Positions 27,283-39,153 of a stretch of DNA of 64,000 bases are shown piece after piece. The notes under the pieces were generated by a model that saw only the letters and a program-made list of their open reading frames with translations, did not search any database and was not told where the DNA came from. The DNA is from Mobula hypostoma. Its lineage: Eukaryota. Position numbers and translations under genes: made by a program. Numbering within the stretch: position 1 is the first letter of the stretch; each line of letters opens with the position of its first letter. The stretch is from assembly GCF_963921235.1 (NCBI RefSeq), contig NC_086108.1, positions 79,548,001 through 79,612,000 on the forward strand, written 5' to 3'.

Positions 27283-27867
27283 ACATTTGTAATTAATTTA
27301 GATCACTGTACAGAATTGCTTTCACTTTGACATGAAAGAGTCTTTTTCAGTTAATCAGTGTCAAAAAAAGGCAATTTAAATCTGCTGTGACTCAATGTGG
27401 TAAAACAATAAAATTTGAAAACTTCCAGGGGTACTTTTTATAGGCACTATATAGCTGTTTGATTAATGCTGGGGACTTGGTGGGACTTGGTTTCCATGTT
27501 GTATCTCCCTCTGACACAATGATTATTAAAACATTAATGGTTGAAACTTAACGGCCTTTTCTTCAGAGGAAAATAAAATTTGTTTTCCAGGTGAAAGTCT
27601 GTAAAACAAAGTGTTGCAACATAGCCATTGATTAGCCCCAAAAGGTACAATATTGAACAGGTATGGGTTATGGAAAAAATAACCTTTTAAGAGTGCAGAA
27701 AATTTTAAAGAGTTTTGTTGTGTGAGAAAGTGAACATTGTAGTGCACATTTCAGTTCTAATATTTGATATTACATGCTACTTTTTCTTCTCTGTGCTGAT
27801 TGGACTCATTCCACAATTTGTCTAATTCCTAGGTTACAGTCTACGTAATTTGACACAGAAATGATAG

Positions 27868-28137
<270 letters not shown>

Positions 28138-29704
28138 TGAACTTTTCGAAGCGATGAATTTATTTCTCAGGAGAATGTCAGTTCACATTAAATATGACAG
28201 TGGATGCCTGGAAGCAACTATAGGACTATTAGTGGAAGAGGACCTAGCTAACATGGGATGGAAAACTGCAACTTTGTTCTTAACTCTGGATTAAAATTTA
28301 AATATCTGTTCTACACATCGCTGTTTAGAGTTCTTCCTTGACTTTGCCTTGCTTTGGTTTCCAAGACATGTTTATTTGATGGGTTTATTTATTTCAGAGA
28401 TCTTTTAGCGAGCAGGCACCTGGGGCTTATGCTAAGCAAGGCATGTATGATAGTTAGATTTGGAATTCTTGTTATCATATTGGGTATTCGGTTTGGATTT
28501 TAATGCAGAAATTAGGTATCAACACATACACTGTTGGGAATAGCTCAAGAAGTTACTCCCAATTTTAACAGCCTTATTCACATTTTATGTCTTACCAATA
28601 GAAAAATGTAACTCATTACTATTTCAGAAAATTGGTTACCTCAGTCAGAGGAAATGAGATGTTATATAAAAAGAATCCCGGTTACATCTCTGATTTATGT
28701 TGCACGTCCTTTAAAATATCTCTACACTGAAATAATGGCTAGGGGGAGATGGTGGCAAATTCACAGAAAAATTAATTTACCGTTGAAGTAGTATTTGTGC
28801 ACTGTCTGTTATGTTTTCATAAAATCCTCAAGGTGAAAAATTTGAATACGTTTTCACTAACAAATATAATCAATAAAGCTCAAGGGGAAAGTCTGAGTGA
28901 CCTTTAGAATTTTTTAACAGCTACGATGAATTTTGATCATTATCATCTTTCAATTAGCCTGTTATTTTTGTTTTTTCCCTACTTAATCTATTTTCAGTTA
29001 GACAGTATTTGTATTGGAAGAAATATTGAGATTATGAGAGAAGAATCCCAATTTTCTTCAATAAAAATAAAGAGGGAATTGTCATCTGCGTGTATACTAA
29101 ATATTTTATGATAAATATATGCAAACTGCATATTTTAAAGTTGAGTCGTGAACTGTCCCTTGTTTTGTCATTGTAAGTTATTGCTAGTGAAAATTTAAGT
29201 GACAGTTCAGTGGAACATATGTAAACTGAACATCTTAACAGTAAATGAGCCACATAAAGAGCTCAGCTGCTGACAAGTGGTGGAAAAAGAGATGCGATCC
29301 AAAGGAATTTCAACAGTGATTAAGAACATAGTTGAATTACATAGAATTTTACAGCACAGAATCAGAGCATTCAGTTCAATGCTTCTGTCCTGATCTGATC
29401 CTAACATTCAAATGTTAATACTACCAGACTCAGGGTAGCTGAGTAATCAGATGGTAGAACCACTCGTGCTGATTCTGAGAATGTGGACTTGCCAGGAAGA
29501 GATGCAATGATTATAAGTAGTATAAAGTCACAAGACTATAAAGCATCAGTGGAGTTGACTAATCAGAGAAGATGTTGACTGCTTTGTAGTCTACATCTTT
29601 AATCTAAATTATCATGAGGCTATGATTAAATAAATAAGTTAGTTTTCAAATAGATTATTCTGTAATTGGTTATATGGTATATGTAATGTGGTAACATGGA
29701 CGTG

Positions 29705-30003
29705 TTGGCGCATGGCCAAGTGGTTAAGGCATCGGTCCAGTGATCTGAAGGTCGCTAGTTCGAGACTTGGCTGAGGCAGCGTGTTGTGTCCTTGAGTAAG
29801 GCACTTAACCACACATTGCTCTGCGACGACACCAGTGCCAAGCTGTATTGGCCCTAGTGCCCTTCCCTTGGACAATATCGGTGGTGTGGAGAGGGGACCA
29901 GCATGGGCAACTGCTGGTCTTCCATACAACCTTGCCCAGGCCTGCGTCCTAGAAACCCCCCAAGGCACAAATCCATGGTCTTACGAGACTAACGAATGCC
30001 TAT
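29705..30003 (+). mobile_element. tRNA-derived SINE with CORE-like central segment
   Basis: A box tggccaagtgg, B box-like agttcgag, then gtgtccttgagtaaggcacttaacc (resembles MIR/CORE). 3' half shared with 38970-39153. Confidence 0.7.
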
Positions 30004-33000
30004 ATTTAAAAAAATTGACTGAATTAACTTACACATCTTTTACTTCAAATAGTTTATTAATCTATGGAACTGGTTGCCATGGAGAGCAGTGGAGGCCAAG
30101 TCGTTGGCTGTATTTAAGGCAGAGATTGATAGGTTCTTGATTGATAAAAGGGTTACAGGTTACAGGGAGAATGGGGTTCAGTTTAAGAAAAAATCAGGCA
30201 TGATTGTATAGCAGAGCAGACTCGGTCAGCAGAATAGCCTAATTCTGTTTCTATATTTTATGGTTTTATTCCAGAGGTATGAAACTATCTCATTTTACTC
30301 TTGGGATGTTACCCCAAAAATGAGAGATCAAAGTTTAATGAGTGCATTTAAAATAACTTCTTGTTAGATGAAGCATAATGCAAAGGTATTCTTAAGCCCT
30401 AAAATTTAATCACAGCAGATTTATCAATATGTAAATCAATGACCGTTAGATGAATCAATAGTCTTGAAATATAGAAGAAGGTGGGAACAGAATCCATCAG
30501 CAAGATCAACCCAATATAGGAGATGCGAGACATGGGAAGGATATTGCTGGCAGTGTTAAATTATGCACAAGGCATAGCTACACAGGGGTGAGGTCATCCA
30601 AGGACTGCTTGAATCTCATTGATATTTCTGCTGTGAGCATCAGGAAATTTTCACCTAACTAATTTACATCTGGCAGGAAATAGACTTTGTCAGGGAAAAT
30701 TGTTCCAAGAAGTTGTAGCAAGTTCTTTGCACTGTGTTTTTCAAGGGTCCATGTGAAAATACCATCTTGTGTATTATTACTAAAATAGATTCTTGTGCAG
30801 GTTGATATTTCCACTGGTTTGAACCAAGTCATTCTTTCCATGAACTTAGATGTTTCCATATTGTAACCATAGGTTTCTATCTTTATTGAGATACATTGCG
30901 GAATAGACCCTTCTGGCCCTTTGAGCTGTACCTAACAATCCCCCAATATTAATCCTAACCCAATCACGAGACAGTTTACAATGACCAATTAACCTATCAA
31001 CTGGTACATCTTTGGACTGTGGGGCCCGGAGGAAACCCATACAGTCACGGGGAGAACGTACAAACTCCTGACAGGCAGCAGCGGGAAATGAACCCTGGGT
31101 CACCGGTACTGTAAAACCTTGTGCTAACCACTATGCTACCTATCTCTGGATAGGTTCCAGTAAGGTGAATTTTGTTTATCCTGCCCAAATTTAATTCTAA
31201 TTGCATTTTAATTCTAATTCCAATTCCATTGTATTGGTGCGTAGAGTCTTGGAAATTGGCATATCAGAAGTTCAATCATGCCTGTGCCACCAAAACAAAA
31301 AGACGCACACAGAATGCTGGAGGGGAAAAGAATCAGGCAAGAAGTCAATGTTAAAAAGGTTAACACACACAGAATGCTAGAGGAACTCAGCATCTATGGA
31401 GAGGCATAAAGGGCCGTAGTTTGGGCCAAGAACCTTCATCAGGTGTCGAAGGAAGGGGGAAGAAGCCAGAATAAGAAGCTGGGGCGAGGGGAAAGAATAC
31501 AAACTGGAAGGTTATAGGTGAATCCAGGTGAGGGGCAGGTAGGGGTGTTGGGGAGAGAGGATGAGGTAAGAAGCTGGGTGGTGATAGGTGGAAAAAGTAA
31601 AGGGCTGAAGACGAAGGAATCTGATAGGACAGGAGAGTGAAAAAGGCTAAATATTGAGGCTAATCCTACTCTCTAGCTCTTTATCCAGACCAGTTTCAGC
31701 TTTCAGCTCTCAAATGATCAAAGTGTTTTCTAAACATGTTAGCAATTTCTGCCTCCACCATCACTTCATCCCAGCTATCCTTGGAAAGCTTCAGCTTCAT
31801 GGAAGATACTTTTAAATACATTTGACTGCAGAGCTGCTCCCTCACAGCCCCAGTGTTTGGGGTTAATCCTGCCGTGTGGATGGAATTTGCACATCCTCCC
31901 TGCGACCATGTGTCATTTCCAGGCGTTCCAGCTTCTCCTCATGTCCTGACCAAGTGGGTTTGTAGTTTACTGGCCACTGTACGATGCCCCCGTTTGGCAA
32001 ATGACTGAGCGTTACTGGAATGAGAGGAATATTGGTTACAGGAGAAGTTAATGGGATTGTGATGTAAAACAGAATCGAGTTGATGAACAGTAAGAGCTCC
32101 TAAACATGAAAACATGATCTGCTATTGAAATACTGTCCACACCGTCCTCCTCCTTTAGGAGGGTGTCTTTCAAGATGATGTTCACTGCTTATTTTATATC
32201 TCAAAAACAGTAAGTTATTTTGCTGCAATTGTAGAACCCTGGCATCAGCATGCTGTACATGAAGAGTAGTGGGGCCTGCTGTTGATCTTTTTGGAACAAC
32301 TTTCTGTTGACCATGTTCACCTCAGCACACAGATATACTCACCAATTTGTTAATATTATTCATTCCAGCAACTTCTTCGTCAAGTTAAAGACTAATTAAC
32401 GTAAAATATTTTATGACTATTTTATTCAGTTTTTTTGGAGGAGGTGTGTTTCTTTCTTGGACCAGGCAAATTTATTCCCCATCTGTTGGATGTGCAGGAG
32501 GTTGCATCAGGTGTCCTTCCATGTGGTAAACACCTCTAAAACAGAATACTTCAGATAGTTAGTGATTAAAAAAGATAACAGATTAGCTTTATTTGTCACG
32601 CGTGCATCGAAACATACAGTGAAATGCACCGTTTGCTTCAACTATCAACAAAGTCTGAGATGTGCTGGAGGCACTAACAGAACATGCTCACAACCTGCTA
32701 ACCGTAGCTCATATGTCTTTGGAATATGGGTGGAAACCAGAACACCTGGAGGAAACCCACAGGGTGAATGTACAAACTCCTTATAGGCAGCAGTGAGAAT
32801 TGAACCCTGAACTTCTGATCACTGGTACCACCAATAGAGATGTACTGGGATGGGAGGGTGAGAGGCTGCAGCAGTGGGGTGAAGTCAAGTTGTGTGCGAG
32901 ATGTGTTAAATTCTCTTACTTGAAAGATATTAATGAGCTGGTTAGATTTGTAGGACAGTCAAATAATTTCTGTGATAATTTTATCTATTATCCTTATATT

Positions 33001-34395
33001 AACAGATCTATTTAATTAATAATTTACACTCTGCATGGGATTTGAACTCTCAATCTTTAATACATCAGGACTACAGTCACTGCACTAGCAGATTGATGAT
33101 ATAAAGAGCTAATTTAGGGTGTGTTTTAAGTAGATTTATTAAAGATGTTATCTATTTTGGAAAAAGCTGTCATGTTCACCAGTTTCAATTTCTAGCTGAC
33201 ACAAGGGACTGGCATTATATGTTGCTTTCAATTTAGTATTTATATACATAAATATTGGTTTACCACAGCATGGGAAATGCAGTGTACAATAAAAATTATT
33301 GAACTTGAATGTTCTTTTGAATTAATTACACAAAACCAAGGAATTATACTGATCGTTTAATGAATATTATATGTGCTAACGTAGACTGCAGGTGGTATTC
33401 CATCATAGTTACGGATGCTTCTAAGATGCACCATGAATTTCTTTTAAGAATTCATGCTGTGAAAGTGTGAATTCTAATTTTGGGATTTGTAGAACATCAC
33501 AAATGAACTACAGAATTGTACTTTTCAAAGAGGTTCTGTTTGAGAGAGGCGTAGTACACTCAGTAAAGATTAAAACTCTTGCAGGAATTCCATTTGATAA
33601 CCATTTGATACTAATATATGGCTGATGAAATCATATTTTCAGCAAATCAAAAAAAGTAAGATATCTGATTAATTTATCTGATGTTCTGGCATCCATTTGT
33701 TTCTAAAAGATAGTGCAGAAAATATCCAGTAAACAAAGGCCTGTTAGATTAATCCATCTGTTCTCATATTATCTGTCAGTCAGTACGTGCTAATCTGTCA
33801 AAACTGGTCTCCGATTAAATATGCAGGGTAATCTTTTTTGGATGGATTTCAGCACCAAACGTTAACATGAGAATACATAACTTATCTCATGTTGATAATC
33901 TAGTTTATCCATACCCTTATACCATCTCTTGTTTAGCTTTGTCTCAACACATCTAGCAACTGATATGCCAGTTATACTGTTGTCTGTCTTTGACCTTAAG
34001 TTCTCCTTAGAACAGTTATTCTCACTCAGTCTGCTCTCTCTGGTTTCAACTCTGCTCCATGAATGCTTGAATGAATGTGGCAGACAGCTAGTTTGATGCT
34101 TCACCACCAGATCCATAGACAAAGTGCATTGGCCACATAAACCAGTGTGATGCACCGCACACGGACCCTTGAGTGGCTTTCATTCAGTGGATTAAAGAAA
34201 GAAAAAAAACAACAGAAACAGCTGGCTGGATGGTCTCACTCTTGAGACTTCCTTATTGCTGAAGATTGTTGTTAAAAAGCGGAAAGCGGCCAGTGAGTGA
34301 GTGGGTCAGTGAAGGAGTGGAGCTTTGAGGCTTTGACTCGAGAGGCTTCGATGAGAAGAGGCGGAGGACAAGCTTGCTCGCAGTTAGTCTTTACA

Positions 34396-35335
34396 ATGTC
34401 TCCTGAGACAGTGATGTGCCTCTCATGTGAGATGTGGCAGTCTTGGGGGAACTCCCCTCTCCCGCAGAGTCACATCTGTCAGAAGTGCATATGGCTGGGC
34501 GAGCTGGAAGACCGTGTAAGAAATCTGGAGCACACCTGGATGACCTTCGACTCATAAGGGAGAATGAGGCAGTCATAGATGAGAGCTACTGGGAGGTAGT
34601 CACACCTAGGCTGTTGGAAGCAGGTTGTTGGGTGACAGTCAGAGGGGGAAAGTGAAGGTGAGCAGACAGGTAGTGCAGAGCACCCCAGTAGCCATTCCCC
34701 TGAATAATAAGTTTACCGTCCTGGATACTGTTGGCGGGAACGACCGACCAGGTGTGAGCCAGGGTGGCAGGGCCTCCGGCACTGAGTCTGAGCCGGTGGT
34801 GCAGAAGGGTGGGACAGAGAAGAGGAGAGCTGTCGTCATTGGAGACTCTATAGTCAGGGGAGCAGACAGGAGATTTTGTGGACGTGAGAAGGACACCCGC
34901 ATGGTTTGTTGCCTCCCGGGTGCCAGGGTCCGGGATGTCTCTAACCGGGTGCACGACATCCTGGTACGAGAGGGAAAGCAACCAGAAGTCATGACACATG
35001 TTGGGACCAACGACATAGGCAGGAAGAGGGATGAGGTCCTGAAGTGTGAGTTTCGGGAACTAGGCAGAAGGCTGAAGAACAGGACCTCAAGGGTGGCGTT
35101 CTCAGGATTGTTGCCAGTGCTACGTGACAGAGATGATAAGAATTGGAGGAGATGGCAGTTGAATGCGTGGCTGAGGAGTTGGTGCAAGGGGCAGGGTTTT
35201 AGATTTTTGAATCATTGGGATCTCTTCCAGGGAAGGTGGGACCTGTACAGATTGGATGGGTTGCACTTGAACTCGAGAGGGAGCAATATCCTTGCAGGTA
35301 GGTTTTCTAGCATGGTTCGGGAGCGTTTAAACTAA
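34396..35335 (+). pseudogene. CR1 ORF1: CxxC..CxxC zinc finger + SGNH/GDSL esterase-like domain, frameshifted
   Basis: MSPETVMCLSCEMW...HICQKC, then VVIGDSIVR, LPGA, HVGTNDI and DGLHLN in ORF 34625..35335. Confidence 0.85.
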
Positions 35336-35370
35336 TTTGCAAGGGGGATGGGACCCAGACCGATAGAGCA

Positions 35371-38225
35371 GTGAAAGAAGTGCATGGAGTAAAGCCAGAT
35401 CTAACATATAGAGAGGCTTTGAGAAAAGAGAAGCAGAATAAACAGTGTAAAGACAGTAAGGTAGAAGGGCTGAAATATGTGTACCTCAATGCAAGAAGCA
35501 TCAGGAACAAAGGTGATGAACTGAGAGCTTGGATACATACATGGAATTATGATGCAGTGGCCATTACAGAGACTTGGCTGGCACCAGGGCAGGAATGGAT
35601 TCTCAATATTCCTGGATTTCAGTGCTTTAAAAGGGATAGAGAGGGTGGAAAAAGGAGAGGAGGGGTGGCATTACTGGTCAGGAATACTATTGCAGCTACA
35701 GGAAGGGTGGGTAATGTAGCAGGATCCTCTTTTGAGTCAGTATGGGTGGAAGTCAGGAACAGGAAGGGAGCAGTTACTCTATTGGGTGTATTCTATAGGC
35801 CCCCTGGTAGCAGCAGAGATACAGAGGAGCAGATTGGGAGGCATATTTTGGAAAGGTTCAAAAATAACAGGGTTGTTATCATGGGTGACTTTAACTTCCC
35901 TAATATTGATTGGCACATGATTAGTTCCAAGGGTTTAGATGGGGCAGAGTTTGTTAAGTGTGTCCAGGACAGATTCCTGTCACGGTATGTGGACAGGCCG
36001 ACTAGGGGGAATGCCATACTAGATCTAGTACTAGGTAATGAACCGGGTCAGGTCACAGATCTCTCAGTGGGTGAGCATCTGGGGAACAATGACCACCGCT
36101 CCCTGGCCTTTAGCATTATCATGGAAAAGGATAGAATCAGAGAGGACAGGAAAATGTTTAATTGGGGAAGGGCAAGTTATGAGGCTATAAGGCTAGAACT
36201 TGCGGGTGTGAATTGGGATGATGTTTTTGCAGGGAAATGTACTATGGACATGTGGTCAATGTTTAGAGATCTCTTGCAGGATGTTAGGGATAAATGTGTC
36301 CCGGTGAGGAAGATAAAGAATGGTAGGGTGAAGGAACCATGGGTGACAAGTGAGGTGGAAAATCTAGTCAGGTAGAAGAAGGCAGCATACATGAGGTTTA
36401 GGAAGCAGGGATCAGATGGGTCTATTGAGGAATATAGGGAAGCAAGAAAGGAGCTTAAGAAGGGGCTGAGAAGAGCAAGAAGGGGGCATGAGAAAGCCTT
36501 GGTGAGTAGGGTAAAGGAAAACCTCAAGGCATTCTTCAACTATGTGAAGAAAAAAAGGATGACAGGAGTGAAGGTAGGACCGATTAGAGATAAAGGTGGG
36601 AAGATGTGCCTGGAGGCTGTGGAAGTGAGCGAGGTCCTCAATGAATACTTCTCTTCGGTATTCACCAATGAGAGGGAACTTGATGATGGTGAGGACAGTA
36701 TGAGTGAGTTTGATGTTCTGGAGCATGCTGATATTAAGGGAGTGGAGGTGTTGGAGTTGTTAAAATACATTAGGACAGATAAGTCCCCGGGGCCTGACGG
36801 AATATTCCCCAGGCTGCTCCACGAGGCGAGGGAAGAGATTGCTGAGCCTCTGGCTAGGATCTTTATGTCCTCGTTGTCCACAGAAATGGTACCGGAGGAT
36901 TGGAGGGAGGCGAATGTTGTCCCCTTGTTCAAAAAAGGTAGTAGGGATAGTCCGGGTAATTATAGACCAGTGAGCCTTACGTCTGTGGTGGGAAAGCTGT
37001 TGGAAAAGATTCTTAGAGACTGGATCTCTGGGCATTTAGAGAATCATGATCTGATCAGGGACAGTCGGCATGGCTTTGTGAAGGGCAGATCGTGTCTAAC
37101 AAGCCTGATAGAGTTCTTTGAGGAGGTGACCAGGCATATAGATGAGGGTAGTGCAGTGGATGTGATCTATATGGATTTTAATAAGGCATTTGACAAGCTT
37201 CCACACAGCAGGCTTATTCAGAAAGTCAGAAGGCAAGGGATCCAGGAAGTTTCTCCAGGTGGATTCAGAATTGGCTTGCCTGCAGAAGGCAGAGGGTCGT
37301 GGTGGAGGGAGTACATTCAGATTGGAGGATTGTGACTAGTGGTGTCCGACAAGGATCTGTTCTGGGACCTCTACTTTTCGTGATTTTTATTAATGACCTG
37401 GATGTGGGGGTAGAAGGGTGGGTTGGCAAGTTTGCAGACAACACAAAGGTTGGTGTTGTAGATAGCGTAGAGGATTGTTGAAGATTGCAGAGAGACATTG
37501 ATAGGATGCAGAATTGGGCTGAGAAGTGGCAGATGGAGTTCAACCCGGAGAAGTGTGAGGTGGTACACTTTGGAAGGACAAACACCAAGGCAGAGTACGA
37601 AGTAAATGGCAGGATATTTGGTTGTGTGGAGGAGCAGAGGGATCTGGGGGTACATGTCCACAGATCCCTGAAAGTTGCCTCACAGGTGGATAGGGTAGTT
37701 GAGAAAGCTTATGGGGTGTTAGCTTTCATAAGTCGAAGGATAGAGTTTAAGAGTCGCGATGTAATGATGCAGCTCTATAAAACTCTGGTTAGGCCACACT
37801 TGGAGTACTGTGTCCAGTTCTGGTCACCTCACTATAGGAAGGATGTGGAAGCATTGGAAAAGGTACAGAGGAGATTTACCAGGATGCTGCCTGGTTTAGA
37901 GAGTTTGCATTATGGTCAGAGATTAAGGGAGCTAGGGCTTTGCTCTTTGGAGAGAAGGAGGATGAGAGGAGACATGATAGAGGTGTTCAAGATAAGAAGA
38001 GGAATAGATAGAGTGGATAGCCAGCGCCTCTTCCCCAGGGCACCACTGCTCAATACAAGAGGACATGGCTTTAAGGTAAGGGGTGGGAAGTTCAAGGGGG
38101 ATATTAGAGGAAGGTTTTTTACTCAGAGAGTGGTTGGTGCGTGGAATGCACTGCCTGAGTCAGTGGTGGAGGCAGATACACTAGTGAAGTTTAAGACTAC
38201 TAGACAGGTACATGGAGGAATTTAA
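35371..38225 (+). pseudogene. CR1 ORF2 (APE + RT) with stops and frameshifts
   Basis: YLNARSI, AITETWL, GGGVAL, YRPP, MGDFNFP, LDLV, NDH, KSPGPDG, NYRPVSLTS, QGSVLGP, FADN (from FADD). Stops at 36373-36375 and 37479-37481, frameshift near 37250. Confidence 0.9.
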
Positions 38226-38824
38226 GGTGGGTGCTTATATGGGAAGCAGGGTTTGAGGGTCGGCACAACATTGTGGGCCGAAAGGCCTGTACTGTGCTGT
38301 ACTATTCTATGTTCTATGTTCTAATACCTGTCACCCATTTCCACCACCTTTGCCTCCAACTTAGGGTCACGAACCAGCCTGTTGTTTTCCTCTTTCCCCT
38401 GATAAATGGGTCCAAAATCATTGGCAAGTGCAGAAATCTTTTGAGGCTTAATTGGCAAGATGTATGGATAATGTTTCCCTCGGCTGGGGTGTGTCCAGAA
38501 CACAGATCGGAATACAGTCTCCAAAAAGGAGGCCAAACAGTGAGGACACAGAGGAGATTTATTTTCACCCCACCAAATGGGGTGCAGTGAATTTTTGGAA
38601 TTATATACCCAAAATGGCAGTGAAAGTTCAATCGCTGAACATATTCGAGAAAGACATTTGATGTCTTTCCTGTGGTCTGAGAACACTTGCTTCCATAACT
38701 CTATTCACAGTCAACTGCTGACAAAACAACTTCTCATCATGGCCTTCTTGTTCACTAATATTGTGAATAGTTTTCTCCTCTGCATTGTCTCCCTGTCCTA
38801 TAAATTAACCACTACCACCCAAAT

Positions 38825-39153
38825 AGGAAAACTCTGATTTTAAACCTCCACTACCTTGCAGCCATACCCACCCATGGAAAAGGCTTCAGGAGTAAATCAC
38901 GAGGAAGAAATCCGGAGCCGGGGTCCCTAAGAGAGTTTAATGTTGTTTACAGCTTCACTCTGGTAACCTCTGCGACAACACTGGTGCCAAGCTGTATCAG
39001 CGCTTGCCCTTCCCTTGGACTACATCAGTGATGTGGAGAGGGGGAACCCGCTGCATGGGCAACAGCCAGTTTTTCAAATCTTGCGCCCTGGAGAGGACAC
39101 AGTCCACCAGAGGCACAAACCTATGATCCCCTGGGATCGACAGCCGCCTATTA
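38825..39153 (+). mobile_element. Non-coding retroposon fragment related to 26739-27282 and to the 3' half of the 29705 SINE
   Basis: Shared actctga...aaacctc...ggcttcagga.taaa...aaatccg.agc...gtccctaag with 26739-27282, and ctgcgac.acac..gtgccaagctgtat with the SINE. Confidence 0.6.

Larger units (their letters stand above)
24279..27449 (+). mobile_element. Tc1/mariner DNA transposon with long TIRs, TA-flanked, decayed transposase
   Basis: TA|gagtgcctataaaaagtattcacccc ... ggggtactttttataggcacta|TA. The inverted match extends ~200 bp once the two nested insertions are removed. Confidence 0.9.
34260..38322 (+). mobile_element. Near full-length CR1 LINE (ORF1 zinc finger + SGNH esterase; ORF2 APE endonuclease + RT), inactivated
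   Basis: ORF1 and ORF2 motifs as listed in the two pseudogene entries. 3' tail (ttctatg)n at ~38305-38322. Confidence 0.92.

Noticed and set aside
29705..29780. tRNA gene
   Set aside because: A/B boxes are present, but there is no convincing acceptor stem or T-run terminator and it continues into a SINE body.
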